Shown here: positions 60,301-64,000 of the stretch, one piece after another
Numbering within the stretch: the first letter of the stretch is position 1
Layout: every line of letters starts with the position of its first letter
Program-made: the position numbers and the translations under genes
Notes under the pieces: model-generated
Told to the model about the DNA's origin: nothing
Database searches by the model: none
What the model saw: the letters and a program-made list of their open reading frames with translations, nothing else
Source: Phycisphaerae bacterium
GTDB lineage: Bacteria; Planctomycetota; Phycisphaerae; UBA1845; CAIVHJ01
Length of the DNA stretch: 64,000 nt
Assembly (NCBI GenBank): GCA_022072405.1
Contig: JAJVHX010000022.1
Span: 22,618 to 86,617 of the forward strand
Direction of reading: 5' to 3'

Positions 60301-62435
60301 TTGCCCTCCCCAGGCTTGAAGAACTTCTTGAAAGCCTCACGCATCTCAGGTGGCAGATTCTCGATAGCCATGTCGCCGGCCTCAACGGCCTCCACGAACT
60401 CCTGTAGCGTCTTCTGAACGCGGTCAATCTTCGCTCGTTCGCTCGCGGTCCGTTCACGGTGAATCATCCGTAGGCGTGCCAACTCAGGGGCCGTCGGCAC
60501 GGTAAAATCTAACCTGTAGTCATGCGTCCGAATCGCATCGACTTCCGCAATCAGCTCATCCATGTCTGGACCGATTCCGTAAAGACGCACCCAGGCACGC
60601 GAACGAGTAATCGCCGTAAAAAGGATGTTTCTGACTTTGATGAGCTCGTGGCCACCGACGCAGTATTGGCTGTGGAGCACGTATACCATTGGTGCCTCAT
60701 TTCCCTTTGCACGATAGATGTTCGCGAGAGCCACAGATCCCTTCGCGAAAATCTCATCGGCACTTGTCGAGACACCAGCAATGTGCGACTGGATACCGCG
60801 TCGAGCCAGCGAATTCATGACAGCCGCAGCACGGCGCTTTGCCGTGAGTACATTGGGCAAGATGATCAGAATGTCGTCCGGTTCGAGTTCGTCGTCTGTA
60901 AGATTGCGCTGTATCTCTGCCGCGACTGTTTCAGCTTGGTGATCGTCATCATCCAGCTTCTGGCATACAATCGCATCCTCCCGATTCAGATGCGCCGAAA
61001 AATAGGCAGGATAGCTGTTCTCCGATCGTTTAAGGCTGACCTGCTGTCCGAGATTCGGACTGCCATCAAGCACCGTGTATCCAATCTCGGACCACAAGCC
61101 GGGGTCATCAAACAACTGTACCAAGCCCCCATCGCGATAGATTCCAAACCCAAGGGCGTGAGCGAGTGTCAGCGCCCATGGCGTGTTGCGGTAGCAAACC
61201 GGCAAAGTGATGTCCTGGCGAGGCTCACCGGGGGTGTGGGTCAACTGAATCCGTGGCCTGCCGGCCGAGTCCTTTCCGAATAGTTCCTCAAGCGGTGGCA
61301 TGCTTGTGTCGGACAAGTTCTGTAGCTCGTCGTACGCCCAGATAATGCGCTTTGCGTCGCTAGTGAAGTCATATACAAGGTGGAAAAAGGACCATGGAAG
61401 GTCCTGAGCTTCATCGATCAACACTGCGTCGTAGATCGGCTCAACACGTCGGCCTTTCGTGGCGGAAAGTAACTCACGGCAAATCCCGTGGAATGCTTCG
61501 TTCATCCCGTACGTCGTCTTGGCGTAGAGATAATTGCGCGGCGGCATGCCCACACTCTCGGCCATCAGGGCATATACACCCGGCTTTGCCGCGCTGCCCC
61601 ACGCATGGATGATCTTCAACCGGTCCCAGTTCGGCTCGTCGTTCGAATGCTCAAATGAAAAGCGCCGGACCAAGTCCGTAAGCTGCTGATAGAGCGACCG
61701 CGTATGGAAAGTAAGAGCGATGTTCCAATCGGGGTTCTGCGCGTGAAGGTATGCTGCTTTGAGGGCTAGGACGACCGTCTTGCCCGACCCCGCTAACCCA
61801 CGGATGCGTTGCGGGCCGGCCGGCGTCTCGATTGCAGCTCGCTTTTGCCACTGATCAAGATTGGCGATTTCTCGCTCGATTTCACGCATGACAGCGCCAC
61901 GCGAATCGCCACGAGCCACATTCGCTCGCTTCTTGCTCGGCTTGATCGTTGTCACCCGCTGGAGGGCGGCATTTAGATGACGCTGGTACTGTGGATCGAA
62001 CTGATCGCAACCGCCCAAGACCGTGCTGAGAGTTCCTGGACCCGCCACCAACAGATCACGACCAGCGGGAACCTGAAGATCGTCGGGAAAAAAGCTGATC
62101 ACGTTGATTGGTATGGCCAGATCGCGTCGGCGACGCAACGCTAGGTGCCGCCCCAAGTTCGTCTGGATGGCGAAATACAGTGTGTCCTGCTTCTCCTGTA
62201 CACGGTTCCAGAATTCGTCATTCGGCGGCTGTCCCAGTCCGTTGCCAATGGAAAAAACGACCAAGCCGAACTGGTCGCATATGAGGAGCGCCTCTACGAA
62301 GATGCTCTCATCGGCCGATGAGAGCACCGGGTAGCCGATATAGAGCGTACCGTCGACGTTGAGCCCGCCGATCAGATCGACGAGCTGGCTCGTCACGATC
62401 GGGTTCTTTGTCTGGCCGTATACTACTTCAAGCAT
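60297..62435 (-). CDS. SF1 (UvrD/DUF2075-like) helicase/ATPase with about 160-aa N-terminal uncharacterised, possibly degenerate NERD/PD-(D/E)xK-like domain. Defence-island-type nuclease-helicase candidate
   Basis: Walker A GLAGSGKTVVLALKAAYL, Walker B/DEAQ box VLIDEAQDL, motif VI-like NIYRAKGNEAPMVYV. N-terminal LYIGYPVLSSADESIFVEALLICDQFGLVVFS. Confidence 0.7.
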   Translation of the reverse strand: MLEVVYGQTKNPIVTSQLVDLIGGLNVDGTLYIGYPVLSSADESIFVEALLICDQFGLVVFSIGNGLGQPPNDEFWNRVQEKQDTLYFAIQTNLGRHLALRRRRDLAIPINVISFFPDDLQVPAGRDLLVAGPGTLSTVLGGCDQFDPQYQRHLNAALQRVTTIKPSKKRANVARGDSRGAVMREIEREIANLDQWQKRAAIETPAGPQRIRGLAGSGKTVVLALKAAYLHAQNPDWNIALTFHTRSLYQQLTDLVRRFSFEHSNDEPNWDRLKIIHAWGSAAKPGVYALMAESVGMPPRNYLYAKTTYGMNEAFHGICRELLSATKGRRVEPIYDAVLIDEAQDLPWSFFHLVYDFTSDAKRIIWAYDELQNLSDTSMPPLEELFGKDSAGRPRIQLTHTPGEPRQDITLPVCYRNTPWALTLAHALGFGIYRDGGLVQLFDDPGLWSEIGYTVLDGSPNLGQQVSLKRSENSYPAYFSAHLNREDAIVCQKLDDDDHQAETVAAEIQRNLTDDELEPDDILIILPNVLTAKRRAAAVMNSLARRGIQSHIAGVSTSADEIFAKGSVALANIYRAKGNEAPMVYVLHSQYCVGGHELIKVRNILFTAITRSRAWVRLYGIGPDMDELIAEVDAIRTHDYRLDFTVPTAPELARLRMIHRERTASERAKIDRVQKTLQEFVEAVEAGDMAIENLPPEMREAFKKFFKPGEGK

Positions 62436-62469
62436 ATCAACTCTCCTCGCCGTCGTTAGACGTGACCGC

Positions 62470-63309
62470 CTAAACCACCAGCTTCCTCCGAAGCAGCAAC
62501 CCTTCGTCGTTCCGTGCGTGCAGCGTTAATCGCACGTACGGCTCTTCGCTGATCGATTTGGGCGGAGGCGTCGTGGTCGTCACGATGTACTGAAACGAGA
62601 CCGACCGCTTTGCAAAGAGGGCTTCAAGCCGGGCAATGAGATCGAACAGCCGGTGATACATCGCCTCCTCCATGTCGGCCTCACGCGGGCTGTCGTGCAG
62701 GACCAGGCGGGGGTGACCGCCGAGCCCGCAAATGCTGGCAATAAGGCAGGCCACGTCGAAGCCGAGCACCGTCGCTGACGTGCCCAACGCTGCTCCCGTC
62801 GCCGCCACGTTCGCGTTCGGACGTGGATGCAGAAACCTCGCGTCAATCTCGATCTGGCCGCCCGCATCCTCGCCCAGCAGGTCCTTCAAGGTGCCATCGA
62901 AATGGCGAGAGAGAACGCCGAGCGACTTCCCCACTTCCTCACGAGCCTTCTCCTGCTTGCGGCTCGAAGCCTCGATCGCCTTCGCCTTCGCTTCCAACTG
63001 GTTTTCCAGACGCCCAAGGTTGTCCCATAGCTGCCCGATCCGGTCCGCACGTTCGAGCAGCAGGCTGAAGCGGCCAATCTGCTCACGCACCCCGGAAACT
63101 TGGGTGTCCAGTCGGTCTCGTTCCGCTTGCCGGCGTGCATCCGCTCGCCGGGCTTCCGTCTGACACTTCACGAGTTCCTGATCGCACGTCGTTACCTGTG
63201 ACGTGAGCACGGCGATCAGCTCATTCGTCTCGTCGATTCGTTGCTGATGGCGTGGGTCACGAGTGCCAGCTACCGACTCATCGGACTTGCCGGGGCAGCC
63301 GCGTCGCAC
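62470..63309 (-). pseudogene. 5'-truncated ABC/SMC-like ATPase (coiled-coil plus Walker B/D-loop LVLHDSP, signature region). No Walker A-bearing N-terminal half upstream
   Basis: Sequence resembles the C-terminal half of RecF/RecN/SMC-type ABC ATPases. Upstream DNA (63310-63760) is non-coding with stops in all frames. Confidence 0.5.
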
Positions 63310-63775
63310 GGCCGCATCCTTCGTCTGAAAGAGGTGATACCATCGCTCCTAGCTCAGTTTTAAGGGGGCAGTCGCCATGATCCGGCGGATCATCCAAAGA
63401 CCATGAAAATCAGGTATAGTCGGGTAACGGCCTTTGGGGAGGCCGTCACTGGGTTTTGACGTAACGCTTAAACCTGTTGAGACAGCTGCCTAAGCAGAGT
63501 TATTTTCGAAGTAGGTCAATTTGTATGGCTTTCGTTTACAAGCAGGCATAGCAAAATAATGATCGGTGCGCTTATATTGGTATCCGCAACATAATACGAG
63601 TGGAGGCAACTGGTTGCAACATTGTGCGACGGGGTCTGGGCAGGCCAGCAGTTTGACTTAACCAGATTGAGCAATATTGACCTCGAATTTTCCCCATCGC
63701 GTGCGTGCGTGAGGTTGGCCAGTTACGGTCCACACTGAATCACTTATCGGCGGGCAGGGGATTATGGGCCGCGTG

Positions 63776-64000
63776 TTTAACTACCACCATCCACCATCGC
63801 CACCTCAACCATTGTGACCGCTTCCATGTGGGCCGTCATCAATTGCTGAAAATTCGTCCGTAGATTCCGCTGGGGTTCCGTGAGCATGGCGGTAACGGCG
63901 GTTTCATACTGAGCCTTCGCCGTTTCATTCACCTCATCCTGATACCAGTTGCGGGCGTCGAGCAGAACTGTGTCCCGCTGCCGTGTGGCAGCCAGCAGGG
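63776..64000 (-). CDS. Partial CDS (C-terminal 74 codons) of a hypothetical protein continuing beyond the window end
   Basis: Open frame on the minus strand from the window edge to TAA at 63776-63778 (…QQLMTAHMEAVTMVEVAMVDGGS*). Confidence 0.4.

Noticed and set aside
1-64000. CRISPR arrays, IS elements and transposase genes
   Set aside because: No regularly spaced direct repeats, terminal inverted repeats, or transposase/integrase-like ORFs detected

Overview
This 64-kb chromosomal segment has about 52-58% GC and AT-rich promoter regions. Its gene content resembles a Planctomycetota-like genome: ECF-sigma/Ser-Thr-kinase pairs, many PAS histidine kinases and multi-receiver regulators, and two MCPs. 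Housekeeping and metabolic genes include recJ, a GH13 trehalohydrolase, an ArsR-regulated RND efflux operon, a complete four-gene 2-oxoacid dehydrogenase operon (E1a, E1b, E2, E3), NfnAB-like oxidoreductase genes, a split LKR/SDH saccharopine pair, and a dtxR-feoA-feoB iron-uptake operon in which feoB is encoded as two ORFs. The most unusual locus (about 35.0-41.9 kb) is a tightly coupled eight-gene plus-strand cassette. It encodes two small 'amphi-Trp'-like proteins (one with an acidic DDEDEDD tail), a 435-aa unknown, a PhoU-domain fused to an APH-like kinase fold, a RimK-like ATP-grasp ligase, an HPr-kinase-related P-loop kinase and a CofD/YvcK-like transferase. It matches my recollection of the functionally uncharacterised 'GAK system' gene neighbourhood and looks like a candidate protein/peptide-modification system. 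The right end (about 56.3-63.8 kb) begins at a tRNA-Met and looks like a decayed horizontally acquired island. It contains a tRNA-like 3' remnant, an SPFH protein, a 5'-only tRNA-Gly fragment, GC-richer hypothetical genes, an SF1 helicase/ATPase with an unusual N-terminal domain plus a coupled partner, and a 5'-truncated ABC/SMC-like ATPase. One MCP gene is interrupted by a single in-frame TAG.
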